From: Verrucomicrobiota bacterium
Lineage (GTDB): Bacteria; Verrucomicrobiota; Verrucomicrobiia; Verrucomicrobiales; Akkermansiaceae
Length of the DNA stretch: 64,000 nt
Reading direction: 5' to 3'
NCBI GenBank assembly: GCA_038747705.1
Contig: JBCDJP010000002.1
Location: forward strand, 73,395 to 137,394
The notes under the pieces are model-generated. The model ran no database searches. It was not told where the DNA came from and saw only the letters and a program-made list of their open reading frames with translations. The position numbers and the translations under genes are program-made. Of the stretch, positions 28,942-38,505 are shown piece by piece. How positions within the stretch are numbered: the first letter of the stretch is position 1; each line of letters starts with the position of its first letter.

Positions 28942-29405
28942 TGAAATTCCTGTTCGACTGCGGCAGCCGCGACCAGCTCGGATCGGGCGGCGCGTTGGTG
29001 CTTCGCGTGGGATTCGGATTGATGATGCTGATCGGCCACGGCTGGCCGAAGATCGGGATCTTTGAGAAAGCCAAGGACAGCTGGCCGGTGCCGGGCATTT
29101 GGCCGCTGTCTCTGATGTCGCCGCCGGTGAGCATGGCGATGACGATCGCTGCCGAGGTCGGCTGTGCGGCCCTGCTGGTTCTCGGGCTGATGACCCGTCC
29201 GGCGGCCTTTATCCTCGGCTTTGCGATGGTGGTGGGGGCGTTTCAGGTGCATGCGAATGATCCCTTCTTCATGGGAGAGGGCGCTTCGAAAGAGCCCGCC
29301 ATCCTTTACCTGATCCCCTGCCTTGCTCTGATCGTCATGGGTGCGGGCAAGTGGTCGGTGGATGCCTTGATCTACAAGGAAAGGAAGAAACGCTTTTTCA
29401 ACTGA
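28938..29405 (+). CDS. DoxX family membrane protein
   Basis: LVLRVGFG.M...HGWPK, AEVGC..LLVLGL.TR.AA. Confidence 0.88.
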   Translation: MMKFLFDCGSRDQLGSGGALVLRVGFGLMMLIGHGWPKIGIFEKAKDSWPVPGIWPLSLMSPPVSMAMTIAAEVGCAALLVLGLMTRPAAFILGFAMVVGAFQVHANDPFFMGEGASKEPAILYLIPCLALIVMGAGKWSVDALIYKERKKRFFN

Positions 29406-29758
29406 TGGAGACGCAACGACTCGTGCTTCCCGAGGATTTGAATCATCTCGGCTTTCTCTTCGGTGGTCGGCTGCTGGCCTGGGTGGATGAAGCTTGCTGG
29501 ATTGCGGCTTCACTCGACTACCCGCATTGCCAGTTCGTGACCATCGGCATGGACAAGGTCGAGTTTCACCACTCGGTGCGGGAAGGCACGATCCTTTCGA
29601 TCGTCTGCGAACGACAGAAGGAAGGCAACACCTCGGCCAGCTACAAGGTCGAGGTGCTGGATCGCAGGAACCCGGGAGCGCCGCCGATTTTCGGCACGCA
29701 GGTGACCTACGTCAGTGTCGACGACGCCGGGCGCAAGCGGGCAATCCGGTCGTCTTGA
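29405..29758 (+). CDS. Acyl-CoA thioesterase (hotdog fold)
   Basis: VLPEDLNHLGFLFGGRLL.WVDE, TYVSVD..GR. Confidence 0.9.
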   Translation: METQRLVLPEDLNHLGFLFGGRLLAWVDEACWIAASLDYPHCQFVTIGMDKVEFHHSVREGTILSIVCERQKEGNTSASYKVEVLDRRNPGAPPIFGTQVTYVSVDDAGRKRAIRSS

Positions 29759-29759
29759 G

Positions 29760-30191
29760 TTAGAACGACTGCTTCCAGCCGCCCTTGGTCCGTTCCAGTT
29801 CGTAGACCCAGACGGGCGGCGGATTGATCTTCGAGTTGCGGCTGGGGCCGACCAGCACCTTGATGCGTTGGGCGCCGCTGCCGGCGCGTGAGAGGCGTTG
29901 GATCCGGACCGGGTTTACGGCGCCGTTGGTCCGCATCAGCCATTCGCCGTCGTTGATCCCCGGGGTTGGTATCGGCCGGACCCAACCCTTGGGATCCCCG
30001 GCATTGTAGATCGGCAGGGTTTCGGCGAAGGCCAGCAGGTCGGTGCTGCTGCGGAGGGGCCGGCGATCGGGAATGAACTCGGCCTCCAGCGCCGGATAGG
30101 GTGTGCCACTGCCGGAACCACCGTTGGTGGCGCAGCCGACGAGGGTGACCGTGAGCAGGAAGGCGAGCAGCGGACGGATGATCGAGGTCAT
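29760..30191 (-). CDS. Hypothetical lipoprotein
   Basis: MTSIIRPLLAFLLTVTLVGC lipobox. Confidence 0.6.
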   Translation of the reverse strand: MTSIIRPLLAFLLTVTLVGCATNGGSGSGTPYPALEAEFIPDRRPLRSSTDLLAFAETLPIYNAGDPKGWVRPIPTPGINDGEWLMRTNGAVNPVRIQRLSRAGSGAQRIKVLVGPSRNSKINPPPVWVYELERTKGGWKQSF

Positions 30192-30314
30192 GGTTTTCGG
30201 GCGGTTTAAGGAATTGCGGCGGAAGGGCGAGGAAAAAGAAACGAGGTCGCCCTGAAGATCCGTGTCTCCGGCTTCGGCGTTGCCTGATGCCGCGGGAGGG
30301 GACAGGCTTGGGGC

Positions 30315-31883
30315 GTGGAGACGGTCGACATCGTGCTGCCGCTCGAGGCTTCCGAGGACGTGCGCGAGTGGGAGAAGGCGGCGGCGAAGAAGCTGGGCGT
30401 GGCGACGGTGCAGGAGGTTCGCTTGCTCAAGCATTCGATCGATGCGCGTCAGCGGCGGATCAAGGTTCAGCTGCGGCTGGAGGTCGGGGTGGATGCCCCC
30501 TTGCCGGATGCGGTGGAGCCGACCTGGGAGGCGCCGCCCTTACCCAAGGATGCCAGAACCGTGGTGATCGTCGGCTGCGGGCCGGCGGGCATGTTTGCGG
30601 CCCTGAGTTGTTTGGAGAGAGGCATCAGGCCGGTGGTTTTGGAACGCGGCAAGGATGCCAGTGCGCGTCGCTTTGATCTCGCGCCGATCCTGAGGGAGGG
30701 CCGGGTGATCGAGGACTCGAACTACTGCTTCGGTGAAGGCGGGGCAGGGACCTTTTCTGATGGCAAACTTTACACCCGCGCCACCAAACGGGGGCCGGTG
30801 AGGAAGGTCTATGAGATCTTCGTCGCTCATGGTGCTCCGCCACGAATCCTGATCGATGCCCATCCGCACATCGGATCAAACCTGCTGCCGAAGGTGGTGA
30901 TGGCGATGCGTGAATCGATCCGGAAGGCGGGCGGTGAAGTGTGCTTTGGGGCCAAGGTGGTGGGGTTCTTGAATGGCCATGGCGGATGCAATCCGCCGTC
31001 ACGGGTGAACGGCGTGGTGACTTCGGACGGCCGTGAGTTTGTTGGCGATGCGGTGATCCTCGCCACTGGGCACAGTGCGCGCGACATCTATCGGCTGTTG
31101 CATGCGGAAGGTATCCGTCTTGAGCAGAAGGCCTTTGCAGTGGGCGTGCGGATCGAGCATCCGCAGCCCTTCATCGATGGGCGGCAGTATCACCTGAACG
31201 AAGGCGTCGAGCGTCCGCGTCAGCTGCCGGCGGCGAGGTATGGAGTGGCGACCAAGATCGACGGCCGAGGCGTGCATTCCTTCTGCATGTGTCCGGGCGG
31301 CTGGATCGTGCCGGCGGCGACCGAGAACGACGAGGTGGTGGTCAATGGCATGAGCCTTTCGCGTCGTGACTCACCCTTTGCCAATTCGGGACTGGTGGTG
31401 ACGGTTGAACCGGAGGACGTGCGGGAGTTTGAGAAGGAGCATGGGGTGCTTTCCGGAGTGGCGTTCCAGAAGGGTTTGGAATGCCGGGCGAAGCAGGCGG
31501 GCGGGGGTGGACAGATCGCACCTGGACAACGGGTGGCCGACTTCCTGCGTGGCAAGGTCTCGGCCGACTTACCGGAGATGAGTTATTTTCCCGGAGGGAA
31601 ATCTTCGCCCCTGCACGAGATCCTGCCCGAGGATCTGGTGCGGCGAATGCGGGACGGGTTGCGCCTGTTCGATCGCAAGATCCGGGGCTACGCCGGGGCG
31701 GAAGCGCTGTTGCTGGGCTTTGAGACGCGAACCAGTTCACCGCTGAGGATTCCGCGCGATGAGGCGATGCAGCATCCGGAGGTAAAGGGGCTGTTTCCTT
31801 GTGGTGAGGGCGCGGGATACGCCGGCGGGATTGTCAGCGCGGCGCTGGATGGGATGAAGGTGGTGGAGGCAGTGGTGGGGTGA
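30315..31883 (+). CDS. NAD(P)/FAD-dependent oxidoreductase (HI0933-related family)
   Basis: VGCGPAG, GEGGAGTFSDGKL, HPHIGS, ATGHSARD, FCMCPGG, ETRTSSP, GEGAGYAGGI. Confidence 0.9.
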   Translation: METVDIVLPLEASEDVREWEKAAAKKLGVATVQEVRLLKHSIDARQRRIKVQLRLEVGVDAPLPDAVEPTWEAPPLPKDARTVVIVGCGPAGMFAALSCLERGIRPVVLERGKDASARRFDLAPILREGRVIEDSNYCFGEGGAGTFSDGKLYTRATKRGPVRKVYEIFVAHGAPPRILIDAHPHIGSNLLPKVVMAMRESIRKAGGEVCFGAKVVGFLNGHGGCNPPSRVNGVVTSDGREFVGDAVILATGHSARDIYRLLHAEGIRLEQKAFAVGVRIEHPQPFIDGRQYHLNEGVERPRQLPAARYGVATKIDGRGVHSFCMCPGGWIVPAATENDEVVVNGMSLSRRDSPFANSGLVVTVEPEDVREFEKEHGVLSGVAFQKGLECRAKQAGGGGQIAPGQRVADFLRGKVSADLPEMSYFPGGKSSPLHEILPEDLVRRMRDGLRLFDRKIRGYAGAEALLLGFETRTSSPLRIPRDEAMQHPEVKGLFPCGEGAGYAGGIVSAALDGMKVVEAVVG

Positions 31884-31884
31884 G

Positions 31885-32056
31885 AGTGAGGATTTAGTGG
31901 CGAGTAATCAGAGACCAGCTTGCCGTACCGGCCTGTCCGCCGTAGCCTCGGCGAAGGAGGAAGCTTCGGCATAGGCGGGTGACCAGTGATGGGAGGGTTG
32001 GACGCATGGGCGACTGAAAGTCGCCTCGCCCCCTCATGGCGCTCGGAGAGCGCTAC
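31885..32056. repeat. Composite intergenic repeat island: 7-mers, CCTGTCCGCCGTAGCC element, two GNA-triloop hairpins
   Basis: AGTGGCG-AGTAATC-AGAGACC; GGCGACT-GAA-AGTCGCC at 32009-25; GCGCTC-GGA-GAGCGC at 32039-53, reading GTAG-first on the minus strand. Confidence 0.7.
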
Positions 32057-32058
32057 TC

Positions 32059-32856
32059 CTAAAGACTTGCCCGCCGGATCTTGCCGGGGGGCTGGGCAAG
32101 GAAGCGCTTGGCGAGGGCTTCAAATTCCTCGGAAAGGTCGGTCAGGTGAATCTCGAGCTTGCCGGGGTCGCTTGATTCATTGAGCAAGTCCAGCCGGGTG
32201 AGCTCGGCCTTCAGGTGCTCGGCGCAGGTGGTGGCGGAGTCGATCAGTCTGACGTCATCGGGAAGGAAGTCCTTCAATTTCGGAATCAGCAGCGGGTAGT
32301 GCGTGCAGGCGAGGAGCAGGGCGTCGATGCCGGTCTCGACCATCGGGTCGAGGTAGCTGTGCAGGGCGGCATCGGTGGCGGGGTGACCGAGCCAGTTCTC
32401 CTCAACCATCGGTGCGAGCAGTGGCGCCGACTTGGCGTGGATGATCAGGCCGGTCTTCCGCTGGGCGAGGGCGTGTTGATAGGCGTGCGATCGGATCGTG
32501 CCGCGGGTGGCGATGATGCCGATCCGGTCGGTGTCGGGTTCGGCGAGGGCGGCTTCGACGCCGGGTTCGATCACGCCGAGGATCGGCAGGTCGAAACGTT
32601 CGCGCAACGTGGGCAAGGCGTGGGCGGTGGCGGTGTTGCAGGCGATGACGACCGCCTTGACGCCGTGGGACTGCAGGAACTCGACGTCCTGACGGGCGAA
32701 CTCCCGGATGGTTTCCGGGCTTTTCGAGCCGTAGGGAACGCGGGCCGTGTCGCCGAGGTAGACGATGTCCTCGTGAGGCAGGATCTCCTGGGCGGCGCGG
32801 ACGACGGTCAGCCCGCCGACGCCGGAATCGAAGAAGCCCAGAGGTGCGCTGCGCAT
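32059..32856 (-). CDS. murI: Glutamate racemase
   Basis: FDSGVGGLTV, GDTARVPYG, IACNTAT, LACTHYP. Confidence 0.97.
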   Translation of the reverse strand: MRSAPLGFFDSGVGGLTVVRAAQEILPHEDIVYLGDTARVPYGSKSPETIREFARQDVEFLQSHGVKAVVIACNTATAHALPTLRERFDLPILGVIEPGVEAALAEPDTDRIGIIATRGTIRSHAYQHALAQRKTGLIIHAKSAPLLAPMVEENWLGHPATDAALHSYLDPMVETGIDALLLACTHYPLLIPKLKDFLPDDVRLIDSATTCAEHLKAELTRLDLLNESSDPGKLEIHLTDLSEEFEALAKRFLAQPPGKIRRASL

Positions 32857-32868
32857 GGAACGGAGAAT

Positions 32869-32896
32869 CCAGAGACCAGCGACCAGAGACCAGAGA
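32869..32896. repeat. Heptamer tandem repeat (CCAGAGA)x4
   Basis: CCAGAGA CCAGCGA CCAGAGA CCAGAGA. Confidence 0.8.
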
Positions 32897-32907
32897 AAAG
32901 ACTCGCC

Positions 32908-33801
32908 TCAGCGGCGGGTCCGGCGGAGCAGGAGGGCGAGACCAAGGCCCATCAGCGTGGCAGCCGACGGTTCGGGCACGGCGCGGATGCCGGTCTCGTC
33001 TTCGATCCACCCGGTGAAGGCCTGCAGGTTGCCGGCGCCGCTCAGGGCACCGTAGCGGCCATTGGTGCCACCGGGTTGGCTGCTGTGGGTGCTGCCGTAA
33101 CTGTTGATGCCGATCAGGTAGTCCCGGCCACCGATGCTGGTGAACACGCCGCCACCACTGTCGCCCGGTGCGAGGGAGCCCTCGAGGCGGGTTGCAGTAG
33201 GCGAGGAAGCAGGGGTGTTGGTCGAGCCGTCGGGATGGTCAAAGTCGGCGACGAAGGAAGAGCTCGGCAGGGTCGGGTAATCCGGGTGACCGCCGAGCAC
33301 GTCGATGACATTGGTTAAGGCGCGGAACTGGGAGATGCCGACGAAGCCGGTACGTCCACTGCCGACGAATCCATGTCCGACCCACGAAGCTTCGACGCCG
33401 ATCATGCTCATCGAGTCCGAATACTGCCAGATCTCCGCTGCCGCGACATTGCCCACGGCGGTCGAGAGAAACAGCAATGCGAAGTCGGACTCGAAGCTGC
33501 CGCTGGTGTAGCCGGGGTGGATCACCGAGCTGCTGATCGAGTAGGTCGAGCCACCGATGGCGAAGGTGCCGGCGGTCAGGGCATCGGCCACGTGGGCTGC
33601 AGTCAGGACCCAGCGGTCGCCGATCAGGACTCCGGATCCCGTGACCGCGCCCTCGGTGATCTTGCCGACCGAGAAAAAACGGGCGGCCTCGTCACGGTAG
33701 AGCTGGCTTGAAATCGACGGATCGTCGGCCGGGTCGATGATCGTCACGCCGGCGGCGGTGCCGGCGAGCGCTATCAGGAATGGGAAAAGGATGGGCTTCA
33801 T
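32908..33801 (-). CDS. PEP-CTERM-anchored trypsin-like (S1) serine protease
   Basis: Signal peptide, LTAAHV, DFALL, GDSGG; C-terminus VPEPSAATLMGLGLALLLRRTRR. Confidence 0.93.
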   Translation of the reverse strand: MKPILFPFLIALAGTAAGVTIIDPADDPSISSQLYRDEAARFFSVGKITEGAVTGSGVLIGDRWVLTAAHVADALTAGTFAIGGSTYSISSSVIHPGYTSGSFESDFALLFLSTAVGNVAAAEIWQYSDSMSMIGVEASWVGHGFVGSGRTGFVGISQFRALTNVIDVLGGHPDYPTLPSSSFVADFDHPDGSTNTPASSPTATRLEGSLAPGDSGGGVFTSIGGRDYLIGINSYGSTHSSQPGGTNGRYGALSGAGNLQAFTGWIEDETGIRAVPEPSAATLMGLGLALLLRRTRR

Positions 33802-33890
33802 GGCCTACTGCTAAGCTAAAAGCTAAACAGGCGGGTGCGCCACCGGATTTCGGCTTTTCCCCGTGGATTCACGAATCTAAACCGGTTCCG

Positions 33891-35189
33891 GTGAAAGACG
33901 GCCATGATATCGCGATCATTGGGGCAGGTCCGGCGGGCTGCACGCTGGCCTCGCTGCTCAGGATGCGCGGCTTCAAGGTGCTGGTCTTCGATGACGACAA
34001 GCGACCCGACCTGCTGGTCGGTGAGTCGCTGCTGCCGACGGTGGTCAACCTGATGCGGAGGCTGGAGATCGAGGAGCGGGTGAAGGCTTTCGCCACCCAC
34101 AAGCCGGGGGTGGCCTTCATGCATCGGGGAGGCCTGAGGCTGGACTTCTTCTTCCCCGAGAAGGTCCTCGGGAGCACGCCGAACTACGCCTACAACATTC
34201 CAAGGCCCGAGTTCGACCGACTGCTCCGCACCCGCGCCGAGGAACTCGGCGTGACCTTTGTCGGCCATCGCGCCGAAGTAGAGCCGGGAGATGCGGGGCA
34301 TGAAGTCCGTCTGACGGAGGCGTGCCTGAACGCCACTCCAGAGCTTGGCGGGCGTCATCCGAAGCTGTTGGTCGATTCGACCGGTCGGGCCCGTCTCTTT
34401 GCCCGTACATTGAAGCTGCCGGCGCGGCGCGGCGGGCGCAATGATGCCGCCTACTTCGCGCACTACGAGGGCTTCGATGCGGAGAGCAGCCGCGATGGTC
34501 AGGTGGTGCTTTCGATCCTCGATCACGGTTGGTCGTGGAGGATTCCGCTGCCGGGGCGTGTGTCGGTGGGCATCGTGGTCGACAAGGAATCGGCCAAACC
34601 TCACGGCAACACGGCGGAAGAGCGGTTGGAGTCGCTGATCGATGCCGAGCCAATTCTGAGCAAGGCGGGCAGGAACCGGAAGCGGGTCAGCAAGGTGATG
34701 ACCTACACCAACTACCAGCTCATCTCCGAGCGCAGCCATGGTCCAGGCTGGGTGGCGATCGGCGACTCGCATGGCTTTGTTGATCCGATGCTCTCGCCGG
34801 GGCTGTTCATGGCGATGCACATGGCCGACCTGCTTGATCGCGAGGTCTTTGCCGGCGGTACGACCGTGCTGGACCGGCCGGATCGCCTCGCCAAGGGCTT
34901 CGTCAAGGTCGAGGCTGAGATGCTCGACTGGCACGACGCCTGGGCGAACATCATCGAGTACTTTTACGACGGCCGGATCTTCTCGATGTACGAGGGCGGA
35001 TCGAAGATGAGTGAGCAGTATGGAAAATGGGCCGTGCCACTGCTGATGGAACGGCACATGTCGAAACACATCACGCGTATGGTCTCAGGCGTCAGCACCC
35101 GCAGTCGCTACGGCCGCGGACTGGTCGCCTTCGGCGCCAAGCACCTGCTGTGGGAAACCGAGCCGCCGGAGTTTTATGCGGTGAGGTGA
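33891..35189 (+). CDS. Flavin-dependent halogenase-like oxidoreductase
   Basis: GAGPAG, GESLLP, HKPG (candidate catalytic Lys), WSWRIPL (WxWxIP), FVDPMLSPG; GTG start at 33891 is inferred. Confidence 0.72.
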   Translation: MKDGHDIAIIGAGPAGCTLASLLRMRGFKVLVFDDDKRPDLLVGESLLPTVVNLMRRLEIEERVKAFATHKPGVAFMHRGGLRLDFFFPEKVLGSTPNYAYNIPRPEFDRLLRTRAEELGVTFVGHRAEVEPGDAGHEVRLTEACLNATPELGGRHPKLLVDSTGRARLFARTLKLPARRGGRNDAAYFAHYEGFDAESSRDGQVVLSILDHGWSWRIPLPGRVSVGIVVDKESAKPHGNTAEERLESLIDAEPILSKAGRNRKRVSKVMTYTNYQLISERSHGPGWVAIGDSHGFVDPMLSPGLFMAMHMADLLDREVFAGGTTVLDRPDRLAKGFVKVEAEMLDWHDAWANIIEYFYDGRIFSMYEGGSKMSEQYGKWAVPLLMERHMSKHITRMVSGVSTRSRYGRGLVAFGAKHLLWETEPPEFYAVR

Positions 35190-35199
35190 TTGACCGCTG

Positions 35200-37554
35200 T
35201 TACTCCGACTCCGGCAGTTCCAGGAACTCCGAGATGTCGACGAAGTCATTGATTTCCGGCCCCTTGACCTTGAGGACGGAAAGCGGGTGACGGGTGTCGG
35301 TGCGGTGGTCGACCCGGATACGGTAGCGTTGACCGCCCTTCAGGGCTTTGGGGAGATCGAGCTCTTGATTCCCCTCCTTGAGATCGGAGACGAGGGCTTC
35401 GTCCTCACTCCATTCAACGTCGCCATCGAGGTCGACGTAGAGCGTGCCGGTGCCAAGCGACATTTCGAAGCGTAGCGAGTAGTCACCGTCGCGCGGCGGG
35501 ATGAAGTCGGCAACCTGCAGGTGGCCGATCGCCCGGATGTCGCGGAAGGGACCGCGGAAAAATGGCGTCTGGTACTCGGCCAGCACCTTCTCCTTTGGCA
35601 GCGCCATGAGGTCAGGGACGCCCATGGCGGTGAGTCCCTTGACGTCATACTCCGTGACTTCGATCCGCTGTGGCCAGTCGGCGAAGAAACCCCAGGTGGT
35701 GCCGTCGATCGGTGTGCCGTCGCTGGAAAAGAGCTGGGTGCGGATCGAAAAGGCGCCGGTCTTCTTGAGAGGTTTGTCAAAGCTCGGGCTGTCGGTCGTC
35801 ACCGGCTTGGGCTTGCCGAAATCGAAGCTCGAGAACCCGCCGTGGACGCCATCGATTAGCTCGTAGCGCGGGCTTGCCTTGATTTTGGTCCGGTTGCGCA
35901 GCGTGATTTCGATTTCATCGCCTGAGTAGGGCTGGAACAAATCGTAGACGGGGGACTTGTGGTGGTTTCGTGGCCGACCGGGAAGGATCTCGACTGGCTG
36001 AACGATCGGAAGGATCCGTTCCATCGCCAGTTCGACGCGCTTTTCGTAGTCCTTGAAGCCACCTTCGACTTCGGGATTCCACAGTCGCTCGGAGAGTGCC
36101 GGGAGGTTCTGCAGCAGGTTCTCGATCACCGAGGGCTCTTCTTGTTCCCAGAACTGCATCTGGCCGCCGATGACCAGGTCGGTCTTGCCGATGTACTCGG
36201 CGTCCCAGCTGTGGTCACTGCGGTCGGGGTCCTCGGGGCCGGCGTCATTGAAGACCGCGCGACCCGCCTCCCAGTGCATGAAGCGGTCCTTGTCCCAGGA
36301 GTAGAGTGTCTTCGGCGACCACTTTTTGCCGGTCGGGATGCCGACGTGGAACGGACCGCCGAACTTGGCGAGGATGTAAGTCGGGGCCCACGAGGCATTG
36401 ATGATCTGATAGCCGGCATTCAGCAGGTCCCAGGGGGCGTTGTAGCTCGATTCCCAGGAAAAGACCACAACCCGGTCGTCGCCGGTGGCCGGAACTTCGT
36501 CGGTGGGGGCGCCGTGGAAGCCTTCCCAGACGAGCAGGCGACGCTTGCCGCCGGGCGGGTTACCGCGGAGGTGCCGATTGATCGCGCCAATGAAGGGAAC
36601 CAGTTTGTCGCCGGCAGCGGACTCATCCGCACCGATGTGGAAGTAAGGACTGGTGTGGAAGACCTCGAGCATGGCGTCGACGATCGCGGTGATCTTGCCG
36701 TAGTTCGCTTCGCTGGCGACGTCGGCATCGCTTTCCGAGGGATCGAGGTATCCCGACTCCTTCAGCCGTTGCGAGTGACCAGGCAGGTCGAGTTCGGGAA
36801 TCAGCGTCACGCCACGGGCATCGGCGTAGGCGACCAGGTCCTTCAGTTCCTCAAGCGTGTAGGTGAAATTACCCTCGATGTTGTTGGTGACCGGCGGAAA
36901 GGGGAAGGTGAAGATCTGGTGGTCAGTGATGTGAAGGTGGACGTAGCGGATCTTCAGTTGGCGGGCGAGGCGGACGACGTCCTTGAGCACGCCGATCGAG
37001 TGCACCTTACGGGCGACGTCGATCATCACCCCGCGGTACTGCGCCGCCGGTGCATCCTCGATGCGCATGGCCGGCACGGAGAACTTTCCGTCCTTCTCCT
37101 GAAGCGACTGGAGCAGGGTGGCGGTGCCGTAGGCCACGCCCTTGAAGTAGGCGCTGTCGATGATGATGCCCTTCGGTGTCGAAAGGAGGGTGTAGGACTG
37201 GTCCTCCTCGGCCTCGGTTTCGGCGAAGCCGCCTTCGGGGTCGTCGAAGCGCAGCAGGATGTCACCAACGCGTGGCTTGATGGATTCGTTGTGCCCGGCG
37301 ACGGCTGGCCGGATTCCAGTGAGCATCTCGATCTCGCCGGCGAGGACTTGGGCTAGGGGCGCGAGCGATGTTTCCACTGCCCTTGGAGCTTTGCGCGTCT
37401 GAAAGATGATCCGGCAGTCCGGGGTGAGGGGGAAGGCGCCACCGGTCATCGAGAGTCCGGTCGGCTTGGGGACGATCGGCGGGAGTTCGGACTGGGCGTG
37501 GAGCGGGCTCAGGCAGGTCGTGAGCGAGCAGAGCAGAGCGAGGGCGGACTTCAT
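35200..37554 (-). CDS. GH20 beta-N-acetylhexosaminidase with C-terminal extra domains
   Basis: Signal peptide, RGVMIDVAR, HLHITD, IPELDLPGHS, FHIGADE; start set at MKSALALL. Confidence 0.88.
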   Translation of the reverse strand: MKSALALLCSLTTCLSPLHAQSELPPIVPKPTGLSMTGGAFPLTPDCRIIFQTRKAPRAVETSLAPLAQVLAGEIEMLTGIRPAVAGHNESIKPRVGDILLRFDDPEGGFAETEAEEDQSYTLLSTPKGIIIDSAYFKGVAYGTATLLQSLQEKDGKFSVPAMRIEDAPAAQYRGVMIDVARKVHSIGVLKDVVRLARQLKIRYVHLHITDHQIFTFPFPPVTNNIEGNFTYTLEELKDLVAYADARGVTLIPELDLPGHSQRLKESGYLDPSESDADVASEANYGKITAIVDAMLEVFHTSPYFHIGADESAAGDKLVPFIGAINRHLRGNPPGGKRRLLVWEGFHGAPTDEVPATGDDRVVVFSWESSYNAPWDLLNAGYQIINASWAPTYILAKFGGPFHVGIPTGKKWSPKTLYSWDKDRFMHWEAGRAVFNDAGPEDPDRSDHSWDAEYIGKTDLVIGGQMQFWEQEEPSVIENLLQNLPALSERLWNPEVEGGFKDYEKRVELAMERILPIVQPVEILPGRPRNHHKSPVYDLFQPYSGDEIEITLRNRTKIKASPRYELIDGVHGGFSSFDFGKPKPVTTDSPSFDKPLKKTGAFSIRTQLFSSDGTPIDGTTWGFFADWPQRIEVTEYDVKGLTAMGVPDLMALPKEKVLAEYQTPFFRGPFRDIRAIGHLQVADFIPPRDGDYSLRFEMSLGTGTLYVDLDGDVEWSEDEALVSDLKEGNQELDLPKALKGGQRYRIRVDHRTDTRHPLSVLKVKGPEINDFVDISEFLELPESE

Positions 37555-37720
37555 GATGATCGGGTGTGGACAGTGGAATGAGCCTTTGCTCATTCCGGTG
37601 GCCGCAGAACGAAATAGCGCCCGGATTTCTCTCAGAAACCCGGGATGTACAAACAATGGATTCCGACCTTGATGGCGAGAGTCCGCCGCCGCACGGATCG
37701 CCTATCCGGTTGTCGCCGGA

Positions 37721-38359
37721 TCAGTGCGAGTGATGCGCGTCCGGGGAAATGATCAGGTCCAGCTTGATCACCACTTCGTCCCGGATCAGGTCGTCGGCCT
37801 TGCCTGCGTATTCGATGCCCCAGTCCTTGCGGTTGATGTCGAACTCCGCCTGGACCTTATAGTCCTCACCATCCTTCTGGGCGGTCGCCGGGAAGCTGAT
37901 GTTCTTGGTCACACCGCGCAGCATGAAGTCGCCGGAGATCCGGTAGTTGCCGTCGCCCTTGTCCGCGTAGCTCGTGAGCGAGAAGGTCGCGGTCGGATGG
38001 TTCTCAACATCGAAGAAATCCTCGTTCTTGAGGTGCTCGGTGAGCTTGTCGTTGTCCGACCAGGTCGAGGTCATGTCGATCTCGATCGAGCCGCCGGTCA
38101 GGTCGCCCTCTTCGCTGATGTGCAGGTGGCCGTGGACGGTTTTGAAGCCACCCTCGTGGCTGCCGGTGACCTTGGAGCCGACGAAGCCGACGGTCGAGCT
38201 GTGGCTAATGGCGTAGGCAGGATCCTCGGCGGTGGAGGACTCCTTGCTGTCGCCCTGAGCTTCCGAAACGGTGGCGGTGGTCGTGCTGTCGGCTGGATTC
38301 TCGCAGGCGACGAGGGCGAAGGCGGCAAGAGCCGGGACGAGGAATGATGCGTGCTTCAT
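37721..38359 (-). CDS. YceI family lipoprotein
   Basis: LVAC lipobox, GSHEGGF, HLKNEDFFDV, LRGVTK, INRKDWGI. Confidence 0.92.
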   Translation of the reverse strand: MKHASFLVPALAAFALVACENPADSTTTATVSEAQGDSKESSTAEDPAYAISHSSTVGFVGSKVTGSHEGGFKTVHGHLHISEEGDLTGGSIEIDMTSTWSDNDKLTEHLKNEDFFDVENHPTATFSLTSYADKGDGNYRISGDFMLRGVTKNISFPATAQKDGEDYKVQAEFDINRKDWGIEYAGKADDLIRDEVVIKLDLIISPDAHHSH

Positions 38360-38505
38360 GAGGAAATGAGGTTCGAGGTGGCTTGGGAAATCCCTTCCCC
38401 CAGTTCTAATCGAGCAGACGCCGCGCCGGGGTCAAATGGAAGTCTCCGCTTTTCCCGCCATCGGGGATGACGGCCCTAGAGCCAACAACACGCTGATTCT
38501 TCTCC

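Noticed and set aside
31885-32896. CRISPR array
   Set aside because: No regularly spaced 23-47-bp repeats with unique spacers and no cas genes anywhere in the window.
33828-33850. Sigma-54 promoter for the PEP-CTERM protease
   Set aside because: TGGCGC on the minus strand is not followed by GC at N10 spacing.
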